A DNA stretch of 36,272 nt from an uncultured Caldilineaceae bacterium (lineage in GTDB: Bacteria; Chloroflexota; Anaerolineae; 4572-78; J111): contig CAZWZZ010000001.1 in assembly GCA_964638395.1 (NCBI GenBank), positions 17,450 through 53,721 of the forward strand. The letters run 5' to 3'. The stretch's first letter is position 1, and every line of letters begins with the position of its first letter. The position numbers and the translations under genes were made by a program. The notes beneath the pieces are model-generated. The model saw nothing but the letters and a program-made list of their open reading frames with translations, had not been told where the DNA came from and did not search any database. Positions 25,042 to 33,930 of the stretch are shown here, piece after piece.

Positions 25042-28000
25042 ATGAAAAGACACAAATCATTAAGCCTGATCTTTATTCTAATCCTGCTGCTGGCCGGCTG
25101 CTTTAGCGTCTTGGATGGCGAGCCGGACACAGTCTCCAACGACGATCTGGAAGGTCAAATCTTGATTTGGCACACCTGGCAGGGCCAAGAACAAATCGCC
25201 CTGCGAGAACTGTTGGATGGCTTTATGGAACTTCACCCCAATGTGTCCATTGTGGAGGAGTTTTATGACATCGATGCCATCGGCGAAACCTATCGCTACC
25301 AGATCGAGGCCGGCTTGGGGCCGGATATTTTGATCGCCCCGGCCAGTTGGGCCCAGGATTTAGCCGATGAGCGGCTCATTCAAGATATTAGCAGTCGAGA
25401 GGATGTCGATCTCGACATCTACCTGACGGCGGCTCTGGATATGCTCCGCTACAACGACGCGGTGTATGGCTTGCCGCTGACCCTCAACACGCAGGTGTTG
25501 TATTACAACAAAAGCCTGTTGCGAACGACATCCACCGAGGGCGACTCCAACAACGAGGCGGTCATCGCCCTGATCCAGGAGCAACAGGCGACCATCACCC
25601 ACACCGAAACCTTGACTGCGCTCGACCAAATTGCGAGCCAGGTGGCGACGATCAGCGACACTCCCTCAGAAGAAGCGGTGGCTCCGGCGAGTACGCTGGA
25701 TGAGTTGTTGCAACAGGCCAGTCATGGGCACACGGTCGCTTTCCCCGCCGATTTTTACAACGCCTTCTGGGGGATTCAGACCTTTGGGGGGGAGCTGTTT
25801 GATGAGGAAGAGCGGGTCATTCTCAACCAGGGCGGCTTTGCCAATTGGCTCAATTGGCTGAAACAGGCGAACGAAAATCCCAACATCATCCTCAACCGCA
25901 ATCTGGATGAGCTAAACCTGCTCTTTACCACCGGTCGGGCCACCTACTACGTCGGCAGCACCCAGGAGTATCCGGCCCTGCAAGCGGCCCTCGGCCCGGA
26001 GAATGTGGGGGTGATCCGACTACCGGGGCGGCAGAATAAACCGGCCGGGCCGTTTCTGCAAGCCGAGGCGTTGATGTTCAACCAGGCCACCACGCCCAAC
26101 AGCGCCGATTTGTCCCTCCGCCTGGCCCAATATCTGACCAACGCCGAACAGCAGCGGAAGTTGGCCCTGGCCGTAGGCAAATTACCGACGAACAATCGGG
26201 TCGATATCGACCCTCGCGTCTCTGCAGTGGTGGCCGAATTTATCGCCCAGAGTAAAACCGCCGTCCCGGTCGAGTTGAAAGATATCGAAAAATTGACCGC
26301 TCTGATTGATCTGGGGGATGACGCTTACGCCCAGGCTCTGGAGGGTGAAGTCAGGGTCGGCGACGCCGCCACCACGCTGACCGAACAGGTGAATGAGCAA
26401 TACGATGTGGAAACGATGGTCACCCGCCAACGGGCGTGCGAGGCCGCCGGGACGATCACCCTGTGGAACCCCTGGCGGGAAGCGAATGAAGCGGCTCTGG
26501 AACAAATCATCGAAGCCTTCGGGCAACAGTGCCCCGAGGCCGCCATCACCGTCGAGAGCGTTGAAGCGGCCGAGTTACTGACCCGCTATCTGGAGAGCAT
26601 CGAACAGGACGAAGCGCCGGATGTCATCATTGGTACCAATTTCCACATCAACAACCTGGCCAGCCAAGAGGCGCTGTTGAACTTGAGTGAAGGACTCGAC
26701 CCCGATTTTTCTCAACGCCTTATCCCGTTGGTCGAAGAGGCGGTGTTGTATCAAGATAATCTGTATGGCGTGCCGCTTGCCATCGACCTGATGGCCATGT
26801 ATTACAACGTCGAATTGGTCGATACGCCGCCCGTGGTGCTGAATGATTTGGTACCGCTGGCCTCCGCTGAAAATCAGGTGGCCGTGCCAATCAACTTTCT
26901 GGATAGCTATTGGGGCATCGCCGCCTTTGGCGAGAGTGGCCAACAGCCTATCTTTGATGAGGAGGGGCGGTTGTTGTTGGGTGACTTGGGGCTGACCGAG
27001 TGGTTAGCCTGGCTCAAAGAGGCGCAAACCACGCCCGGTATGGTTCTCAGCGCCGATAAAACCGAGTTGCAGACCCTTTTCGTCGAGCAGCAGGCCGGTT
27101 TGTTAGTCGGAGATACGACCCAACTAAAAACCCTCCGCACCGAATTGGGCGCTGAACAGATTGGCGTCGTGCCGTTGCCCTCCGGTAGTCCCATCCTCGA
27201 GGTGGATACCCTGTTGCTCAGTCCCTTTAGTTCACCGGACCAACAGGCGGTGGCCCTGGAGTTGGCTCAATTTATGACCGATATTCAAAGCCAGGAGATA
27301 TTGCTAACCCAAACCGATAAAATCCCCATCAACATCAACGTCAGTACGGCTGATTATCCGGTGGTTGAAGGCTTTATCGAGCAGACAAATGGGGCCACCG
27401 TCCTGCCCAACGTTTCGGAGACCCAAGCTATGTTGGAGTGGGGCAACGTGGTCTATGAGCAGGTGCTTGATAACGACATTGCCCCGGCCGATGCGGTTCA
27501 AGATTTTGTCAACCTGGTGGATGCCACCAACGGCATCGCCATTACCGAAACCGTGGTCATCGAGGATTGCCCGGATGAGGGTGAAATTACCCTGTGGCAC
27601 AGTTGGAACGAACCTGAGCAACTGGCCTGGCAAACGGTCATCACCGATTTTGCTGAGGTTTGCCCCGGTATTCAAATCAATCCCGTCCTCATCCCCGAGG
27701 AAACCTTTACCGAACAGTTGACCCAAACCTTAGAAGCGGACAGCGAGATCGAGCCGCCCGATTTCTTCGTTGGTCCCCATACCAATTTGGAAGCCTATCA
27801 AGACGCCTCGCTCATTCGGGACATCAGCCCGCTGGTCGATAGCGACAAGCTGATCGACTTCCTACCCAGAGGCATCAGCGCCTTTTCGAGAGCGGGCGGG
27901 GAGGAACTGTACGGATTGCCTCAAACCATTTCTATGCCGGCCCTCTATTACAACCAAGATTTGGTGGAGGAACCGGCAGCGACCTTTGCCGGGTTGTTAG

Positions 28001-28683
28001 AGCAGGCAGAATCGGGCCTGAGCGTGGCCATGCCCATCGGCTTTTATGACCTTTTGTGGGGAGCCTCGGCCTTTGGCTGTGAGCCGTGTCTGGGCGGCAA
28101 TCTGTTCGATGACCAGGGCGAGTTGTTGTTGAACCCGGCCGCGTTGAGCGCCTGGCAAGATTGGTTGAACGACGTCGATGACTCGGAGCAGTTTATCTTC
28201 AGCGAGGATCAAGCCGCCTTGCAACAACGTTTTTTGGCGGGTGAGGTAGCCTATCTGGTGGCCAAGCCCGACTTTTTGAACGAGGCCCAGGAAGAATTGG
28301 GCACGGCCAACGTCGGGATCGTGCCTCTGCCGGTGGGGGCGGAAGAGGAACAGCCCGCCCGTCCCATTCTGGATGTTGATGGCTTTTACTTCTTCCAGGA
28401 GGCAACGGATGAGCAAACGATGTTGGCCCTTAAATTTGTCGAGTTTGCCACCACCGAAGCCCAGCAAACGTCGCTGATGCAAGCGGCCAACTTCATTCCC
28501 ACCCGCAACATCGCCCTGGTTACGGCGGATGACCCCCTGCTGAACACCTTCATCTCGGAAATTGATAACACCATCCTGCTGCCGACCCGGAACCAACGCT
28601 CGTTGATCGAAGAAAGTCCCGTCTATCGGACTTTTGATAACCTGACTGATGATTTAGCCGACGAAAGTACAAGCAATAATTAA
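25042..28683 (+). CDS. Lipoprotein with three tandem extracellular solute-binding (MalE-like) domains
   Basis: Signal peptide with lipobox LLLAGC. Three domain starts recur: ILIWHTWQGQEQIALRELLDGFMELHP (aa ~40), ITLWNPWREANEAALEQIIEAFGQQCP (aa ~470), ITLWHSWNEPEQLAWQTVITDFAEVCP (aa ~846). Each is followed by YGLP/YGVP...YYN motifs. Confidence 0.7.
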   Translation: MKRHKSLSLIFILILLLAGCFSVLDGEPDTVSNDDLEGQILIWHTWQGQEQIALRELLDGFMELHPNVSIVEEFYDIDAIGETYRYQIEAGLGPDILIAPASWAQDLADERLIQDISSREDVDLDIYLTAALDMLRYNDAVYGLPLTLNTQVLYYNKSLLRTTSTEGDSNNEAVIALIQEQQATITHTETLTALDQIASQVATISDTPSEEAVAPASTLDELLQQASHGHTVAFPADFYNAFWGIQTFGGELFDEEERVILNQGGFANWLNWLKQANENPNIILNRNLDELNLLFTTGRATYYVGSTQEYPALQAALGPENVGVIRLPGRQNKPAGPFLQAEALMFNQATTPNSADLSLRLAQYLTNAEQQRKLALAVGKLPTNNRVDIDPRVSAVVAEFIAQSKTAVPVELKDIEKLTALIDLGDDAYAQALEGEVRVGDAATTLTEQVNEQYDVETMVTRQRACEAAGTITLWNPWREANEAALEQIIEAFGQQCPEAAITVESVEAAELLTRYLESIEQDEAPDVIIGTNFHINNLASQEALLNLSEGLDPDFSQRLIPLVEEAVLYQDNLYGVPLAIDLMAMYYNVELVDTPPVVLNDLVPLASAENQVAVPINFLDSYWGIAAFGESGQQPIFDEEGRLLLGDLGLTEWLAWLKEAQTTPGMVLSADKTELQTLFVEQQAGLLVGDTTQLKTLRTELGAEQIGVVPLPSGSPILEVDTLLLSPFSSPDQQAVALELAQFMTDIQSQEILLTQTDKIPININVSTADYPVVEGFIEQTNGATVLPNVSETQAMLEWGNVVYEQVLDNDIAPADAVQDFVNLVDATNGIAITETVVIEDCPDEGEITLWHSWNEPEQLAWQTVITDFAEVCPGIQINPVLIPEETFTEQLTQTLEADSEIEPPDFFVGPHTNLEAYQDASLIRDISPLVDSDKLIDFLPRGISAFSRAGGEELYGLPQTISMPALYYNQDLVEEPAATFAGLLEQAESGLSVAMPIGFYDLLWGASAFGCEPCLGGNLFDDQGELLLNPAALSAWQDWLNDVDDSEQFIFSEDQAALQQRFLAGEVAYLVAKPDFLNEAQEELGTANVGIVPLPVGAEEEQPARPILDVDGFYFFQEATDEQTMLALKFVEFATTEAQQTSLMQAANFIPTRNIALVTADDPLLNTFISEIDNTILLPTRNQRSLIEESPVYRTFDNLTDDLADESTSNN

Positions 28684-28702
28684 CCTCAGTATTGAAGACG
28701 TT

Positions 28703-28759
28703 GGTAATTAGTAAATAGTAATTGGTAATTCAATGCCTAATAACCAATTACCAATTACT
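28703..28759. terminator. Hairpin/repeat element after the solute-binding gene
   Basis: Perfect 14-bp stem AGTAATTGGTAATT (28717-28730) / AATTACCAATTACT (28746-28759) with a 15-nt loop, plus an extra GGTAATT unit at 28703-28709. No T-tract, so terminator function is uncertain. Confidence 0.35.
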
Positions 28760-28830
28760 GCCTTTCACCGTGTGGGAGTTATTGATTTTCCATGCCTAAG
28801 CTCTAGTCTATCTTATATGAAAGAACTGCC

Positions 28831-30156
28831 ATGACTGAACAAAATCAAACTATTCTCGATTTTTTTACCGACCTATTCCGAAAGGTCCAAATCTCTTTAA
28901 GCCGGCCCGATGTTCAACGCCAGGTAATGATTATTGCCGCCGTTGTGCTGCTGGCCTGGGTGGGGACCCTCCTTTTGAATTTTGTCGTCACCCGCTGGAT
29001 TGCGCCCCGCATCGAGGCCTTCGCCGCTGATGACAACTCGCCGAAACGAGTTGCCAAACGCCTCATTCCAGGCTTGAGATTACTCATCTACCCCGTTTTA
29101 GCCATCCTCCTGACAAATATGGCCATCGCCACGATCCTGGGGCGCGGTCAGGTCGTGGGGTTGCTGCGCTTACTGGCCTTCATCCTGTGGGTCTTGTTCA
29201 TGTACCGGCTTGTGTTTGCGGTCCTCTACCTCTTCTTCCCTGAGCCGAGAGTCAGCGGGTTTCAAAGCCGTTTGTTTGGCCCGCTGTTTAGCCTCTTTGT
29301 CGGCTATTACGTCCTGAGTTTGTTTGTTAACATTCCCGCCTCGGCCAACATCGTCCTGGCCAACTTTTCTGAAAGCCCGGTGACGATTGGAGCCTTGTTC
29401 CTGGCCACCGTGGGCCTTTACTTCTGGTTCAACGGGATTTGGGGGGTGAACAACATTATCCTGGGGGCGGCCCATCGCTTCACCAACATCAACACAGGCC
29501 GCCTGGAGGCCGCCCTGGCCTTGATCGGTTACATCCTGATAGCGGTGGGAATTGTGATGGCTCTCAGCGCCTTAGGGGTGTCGGCGACCACCTTTGCCGC
29601 CATCACCGCCGGGCTGTCGGTCGGGGTCGGCTTTGCCCTCAAGGAGGTTTTGGGCAACTTCATCAGCGGGCTGTTGCTCTTATTTGAAGGTTCTATCCGG
29701 CCGGGCGACCAAATCGTCATTGATGGCTCGCGGGGAACTATTACCAAATTGAAGGTCAGTTCGACCCACGTCAAATTACGGGACAGCAAAGAAGTGATTG
29801 TTCCCAACCAAACGCTATTAGCCGATACTGTCACCACCTACACCGGCAGTGATAGCCTGTTACGGCTCGATCTACAGGTGCGGACCGACTACAGAAAATC
29901 TCCCACAGAAATTCTTGAACTTTTAATGGAGATCGCCGAGAGCTGCCCCCACATTTTGCCTGACAAAAAACCTAAAGTTCTCTTGCTCAATATCGATGAA
30001 ATGGGGATGGATTTTAGAATTAGGGTTTTTATTGATATCGATACAACCGGTCCCGGAACCGTGTACAACGATATTTATCTTAAAATCTGGGATGCGTTCG
30101 AGAAGCATGGCATTTCCTTCCCCGAACGGGAGGGCGTACCATACGGGGCGCGGTAG
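28831..30156 (+). CDS. Mechanosensitive ion channel, MscS family
   Basis: Multiple N-terminal TM helices followed by FALKEVLGNFISGLLLLFEGSIRPGDQIVIDGSRGTITKLKVSSTHVKLRDSKEVIVPNQTL, the MscS pore-helix/beta-domain signature. Confidence 0.8.
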   Translation: MTEQNQTILDFFTDLFRKVQISLSRPDVQRQVMIIAAVVLLAWVGTLLLNFVVTRWIAPRIEAFAADDNSPKRVAKRLIPGLRLLIYPVLAILLTNMAIATILGRGQVVGLLRLLAFILWVLFMYRLVFAVLYLFFPEPRVSGFQSRLFGPLFSLFVGYYVLSLFVNIPASANIVLANFSESPVTIGALFLATVGLYFWFNGIWGVNNIILGAAHRFTNINTGRLEAALALIGYILIAVGIVMALSALGVSATTFAAITAGLSVGVGFALKEVLGNFISGLLLLFEGSIRPGDQIVIDGSRGTITKLKVSSTHVKLRDSKEVIVPNQTLLADTVTTYTGSDSLLRLDLQVRTDYRKSPTEILELLMEIAESCPHILPDKKPKVLLLNIDEMGMDFRIRVFIDIDTTGPGTVYNDIYLKIWDAFEKHGISFPEREGVPYGAR

Positions 30157-30189
30157 ACAAAATAGGATGTCGCTGAAAAGAGGAGGAGT

Positions 30190-30987
30190 ATGACCCGATT
30201 AATTGCTATTGCCAATCAAAAAGGGGGAACCGGCAAAACCACCACCGCCATCAATCTGGCGGCCGGCCTGGCCCGCTACGGCCGGAAACGGGTGCTGTTG
30301 GCCGATTTGGACCCCCAGGCCAATACCAGCGCCGTTTTCTTCGGGACGACCTACGTGGCCGGACCTGACCCCGGTTCAACCGTATACGATATGTTACTAA
30401 AGGAGGCTGATGCCACGCAGGTGGTGCGCTCGGTTGAGTTAGCGGCCCATGACCGGCACGACCTACCGGCGGCTACCCTCGATATTTTGCCGGCCCACCT
30501 GACCCTGGCCACCGCCGAGCAGGATTTGGTCTCCATTTTTCAGCGAGAAAATCGACTGCGGCAAGCCTTACACCCGATCCGGGACACTTACGACGTGATG
30601 ATTATCGACTGCCCCCCCAGCTTGGGGTTGTTGACGATCAACGCTCTGATGGCCGCCACCGAGGTGCTGATTCCGATAGAACCGGGCGTTTTTCCACTGA
30701 TTGGGTTGGGGCTACTGCGCCAAACCATCGACAAGGTCGGCCAGGCCAATCCTGACCTGCGGCTGTTGGGGCTGCTGCCGGTGCGCCTCAACCGGACCAA
30801 CCTGGCTACCAGCACCGTCGAGGAGCTGACCGCGGCCTTTAGCGGTCTGGTGTTATCGGCCATCCCGGAGCGCGTGGTCATTGGCGAGGCCCACGCTCAG
30901 GGTCAGGATATTTTTCTGTACGCGCCCAACAGCGATGGGGCGGCCGCTTATATGACTTTAATGGAGGAGGTGTTACATCGTGGCTAA
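30190..30987 (+). CDS. ParA/Soj-like deviant Walker-A ATPase
   Basis: IAIANQKGGTGKTTTAINLAAGLA (KGGxGKT), DLDPQAN, IIDCPPSLG. Strong GGAGGA SD. Confidence 0.85.
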   Translation: MTRLIAIANQKGGTGKTTTAINLAAGLARYGRKRVLLADLDPQANTSAVFFGTTYVAGPDPGSTVYDMLLKEADATQVVRSVELAAHDRHDLPAATLDILPAHLTLATAEQDLVSIFQRENRLRQALHPIRDTYDVMIIDCPPSLGLLTINALMAATEVLIPIEPGVFPLIGLGLLRQTIDKVGQANPDLRLLGLLPVRLNRTNLATSTVEELTAAFSGLVLSAIPERVVIGEAHAQGQDIFLYAPNSDGAAAYMTLMEEVLHRG

Positions 30988-31831
30988 ATCAACCGACGGC
31001 AAGAAAAAACGCACCGCCGCAGCCCTGGCCGGGACGCTGTCGGCCTTTACCGAGGCTGAAACCGACGCACCGGAAGCAGAAACGGATGGGGAGTCGCCCC
31101 CTGAGCCGGCGGCAGACCAACCGGTTCCTAAAAAAGGGCGAGCTACGGCCAAAACTAAACCGGCGGCCAAGACGGCGGCCCGGAGCGAAGCGCCGCCTGA
31201 CCCGCCCCGCCCGGCAGACAGTTCGAGAATCGAGGGGTTGAAGGCCGGCCTGAGCCGCATTGCCCGGCGACAGGAAAGCGACGCTGATATTTCGGCTGAG
31301 ACTTTACGGACGTTGATCGAAAGTTGGTTGGCCGCCTGTCTCGAACAGGGGCCACCCTCGTCTGAGTGGGTCGCTCTGGTGCAAACATTCCCGGCCGGTC
31401 TGGAGACCTGGCCTGAGTCGGCGTTGCGGACCTTTTACCACCATTGGCGGCAATACTGTACCCGCATAGGCTTTGAATTAAGCTGGCTGGTCGAGGACGC
31501 GCTGAAAAATAGCCCGCTAAAACCGAAGTTACAGCGCCTGGCCCTGGATTATATTGCCGTTTACCAACGCGCCCAACCGGTTCGAGCGGAGATTCGTCTT
31601 TTCGAGCGTTACCTGGCCTGGCGACAAGATTTGGCCCAGCCCCGGTATCGCTCGCTCAACCAAACCCTGTTCGTCCGTTTGAGTTACAAAGAGGTGATCC
31701 CCCCGCCGCCGCCGGACATCTACATGGCCGCCACCGAGGCGCGGGAGGCGTACATCCGGCAGGCGTTGTTAAAAGCCGCCGACCGGGATCGAGCCACATT
31801 TTTAGCCACCCTGGCCGAGGCTGAAGCATAA
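30980..31831 (+). CDS. Hypothetical ParA-partner candidate with a basic, Ala/Pro-rich disordered N-terminus
   Basis: The GTG start overlaps the parA-like stop by 8 nt. N-terminus AKSTDGKKKRTAAALAG followed by ~80 low-complexity residues. The C-terminal ~170 aa are paralogous to 33053..33820. No ParB HTH motif recognised. Confidence 0.5.
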   Translation: MAKSTDGKKKRTAAALAGTLSAFTEAETDAPEAETDGESPPEPAADQPVPKKGRATAKTKPAAKTAARSEAPPDPPRPADSSRIEGLKAGLSRIARRQESDADISAETLRTLIESWLAACLEQGPPSSEWVALVQTFPAGLETWPESALRTFYHHWRQYCTRIGFELSWLVEDALKNSPLKPKLQRLALDYIAVYQRAQPVRAEIRLFERYLAWRQDLAQPRYRSLNQTLFVRLSYKEVIPPPPPDIYMAATEAREAYIRQALLKAADRDRATFLATLAEAEA

Positions 31832-31902
31832 CGATGTGCAACTCCTGGACGGTTCAGAATAAGTTGACACTTTTTTACCCGTCGGGTTGAGCAACGTCAC
31901 TC

Positions 31903-31975
31903 CGTAAAACGCAAAACGTGAAACTTAGGACGTTATTTTGTCAAAATCATTACGTTTTGCGCCTTACGTTTTACG
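31903..31975. repeat. Imperfect palindromic element
   Basis: CGTAAAACG-CAAAACGT (31903-31919) pairs with ACGTTTTGC (31952-31960) and CGTTTTACG (31967-31975). Confidence 0.35.
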
Positions 31976-32101
31976 CAGGCTGTGGCTCCAATGTCAAGCG
32001 AACATCTCAGGTTTCTGAATCACGCCGGTGAGAATGGACGTTTTTTGGACGTTTATAAGATACGTTGTGAGTATCATCAGATAGTTGATTCGAGGTTTAC
32101 C

Positions 32102-32866
32102 ATGCTCTTGATATTTGAAATCTTTCTGGTGGGCGGGGTTGTTTACACCGGGATCAAAACATTTAGAAAACAGACACAAGGCCGGGAGGCGTCTTGGCTG
32201 ACGGCCCGGGACGAGGCTGCCCCCACCCCGGAGTCGGTCGCTGTCCCGGATCAAATCAGTCTGGCCCAACTCGAACCGCAGATCAATCGAGATTTTACCA
32301 TCTCCTCGGTTTCTCTGGGTTTATCCATTACCGGCGGTCTGGTCTACCCGCCGTTGGGGGTGGCCAGCATCCCCCTGACGATTTATGGCGCTCTGCCCAC
32401 CTTCGAGAATGCTTACCAAGCCTTTTTTAGCCGCAGTCGCACCAAAATGGCTATGGTCAGTTCCATTGTCATCATTGGCACGTTGGCTGCCAACTACTAC
32501 TTTTTGGCCTCGCTGGTGCAGTGGAGCTACCATCTGAATCAAAAATTGCTGGTCGAGATGAATTACAACTACCGGCAACTCTTGCTCTATCTCTTTGGCC
32601 CGACCTCCCGCTCGATCTGGATTCTGGTCAACGAGGTCGAGGTCAAAATTCCCCGGAATGAGTTGGCCGTGGGCGATATCGTCGTGGTCAATGAGGGCGA
32701 GTTGATCCCGGTCGATGGGATTATTGTTGACGGCGTGGGCCTGATCGATATGTATATTTTGACGGGGCAATCTCGGCCCGTGGAAAAAAGTGGCGGCGAC
32801 AAGGTTTTCGCAGCCACCGACTTGTTATCGGGGCGAATTTGTGTCCGGGCCGAGAAGGTCAAGTAA
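32102..32866 (+). pseudogene. P1B-like ATPase paralogue 6: 5' third only (N-terminal TMs + actuator domain)
   Basis: MLLIFEIFLVGGVVYTGIKTFRKQ and PQINRDFTISSVS match the family N-terminus. GDIVVVNEGELIPVDG...LTGQSRPVEK matches the actuator domain. Ends at RAEKVK*, where the paralogues continue EKAGSET. No DKTGT region. A palindromic element starts ~30 nt downstream. Confidence 0.8.
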
Positions 32867-32892
32867 AGTATAGCAATGTCTAAGCACTGATA

Positions 32893-33007
32893 GCATCCCG
32901 AGTAGCGCGGAACGGCGTGGAGCGCGTATCGAGGGGTGCGGCTGATACAACGATTTGGATTTGCGCCGCACCCCTCGATACGGTTTCGCTACGCTCACCT
33001 ACTCGGG
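32893..33007. mobile_element. MITE-like long palindromic element
   Basis: Outer arms CCCGAGTAG (32897-32905) / CTACTCGGG (32999-33007). Perfect 17-bp inner arms GTATCGAGGGGTGCGGC (32926-32942) / GCCGCACCCCTCGATAC (32965-32981). 22-nt loop. Confidence 0.5.
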
Positions 33008-33052
33008 CTGCTACGAACTTAATGACATTGAAGTATAGAGGATTAGTGAGCG

Positions 33053-33820
33053 ATGATTACATTTGTTATTTTATTCATTGTGGCGATTATTGTCGCTGTG
33101 ATCGCCGAGATTGCCCTCTTCAAACAGCGACAGAGCGATAAAACGATCCTTGAGTGGCAAAAAGAGTATTCCCCTTTCTTTCAAGCCGTCGATGAGGTCA
33201 AGGAATTTGGCAGCAATCTGTTGGAAAAGCAGCAGCCGTCCGATCTGTCCGAGCCGTTCAAGGCGTGGGCGGCCAAAAATTTAGGGCCGGGGGATGAGGT
33301 CTTGAAAGCGTGGCTCATTGAGATGCCGGAGCCGGCCTTGAACGCCTTGATCCACAAACTGGCCGATTTTTGCACCGAGTTGAATCTCGATTTGCACTGG
33401 CTGGTCAGCGATCAAATCAAGCTAGAACCCAAATTGAAAGAGACGATGCACGAGGTGGTGGTGTCATACTGTTGGGCCTGCTGGAAAGCAGTCCAGGTTC
33501 AACCGGACATCGAGGTCTTCAGAACTTTTATGGCCGTTGTAAACGACCCCGCCGGCACAGGGCAGCAGGACATCAGCCAAAAGCTGTTGAACGACCTCAG
33601 AAAGCATAATTTAGCCCCCGAACCAAATCCCGATTGGTTTCTGGCCTCTGAAAAACAGCGGCGAGTTTACCTCAGCCAACTCATTCGTCAGGCGATTGAG
33701 CTGGATCAAACCAAATTTTACACGATTTTCCGGGGCGTTATTTCGACGAACGGCTCGACCGGCCCGCAGGTGGCCGAAACGCCGCCGCCCCCCTCTCAAC
33801 CAACGGAGGCCCCAAGGTAA
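33053..33820 (+). CDS. Membrane-anchored hypothetical protein, paralogue of the C-terminal domain of 30980..31831
   Basis: N-terminal TM helix MITFVILFIVAIIVAVIAEIALF. MPEPALNALIHKLADFCTELNLDLHWLVSDQIKLEPKLK parallels WPESALRTFYHHWRQYCTRIGFELSWLVEDALKNSPLKPKL. Similarity continues to the C-terminus. Confidence 0.5.
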   Translation: MITFVILFIVAIIVAVIAEIALFKQRQSDKTILEWQKEYSPFFQAVDEVKEFGSNLLEKQQPSDLSEPFKAWAAKNLGPGDEVLKAWLIEMPEPALNALIHKLADFCTELNLDLHWLVSDQIKLEPKLKETMHEVVVSYCWACWKAVQVQPDIEVFRTFMAVVNDPAGTGQQDISQKLLNDLRKHNLAPEPNPDWFLASEKQRRVYLSQLIRQAIELDQTKFYTIFRGVISTNGSTGPQVAETPPPPSQPTEAPR

Positions 33821-33835
33821 GGTCGCTCTATGAGC

Positions 33836-33904
33836 TTTTTTTTGTGGGGTAGCGACCGCATCCCAATGCGAGAGCGGGCACAAGGATGCCCTCACTACAA
33901 AAAA
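33836..33904. terminator. T-run/A-run flanked hairpin element (possible bidirectional terminator or REP-like repeat)
   Basis: T8 (33836-33843) ... GCATCC/GGATGC and GGGCA/TGCCC stems ... A6 (33899-33904). The flanks TTTTTTGTGG / CTACAAAAAA can also pair. Confidence 0.35.
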
Positions 33905-33930
33905 TCTCAGAGAACCGGTAAGGATAAGCT

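Noticed and set aside
30980-31831. Canonical ParB downstream of the ParA-like gene
   Set aside because: No ParB-box/HTH motifs (such as GERRxRA) are recognisable and no parS-like palindromes are nearby. It is kept only as a hypothetical partner protein.
28703-33904. CRISPR array formed by the intergenic palindromes
   Set aside because: The repeats belong to different sequence families. Each occurs once or twice, without regular repeat-spacer periodicity.
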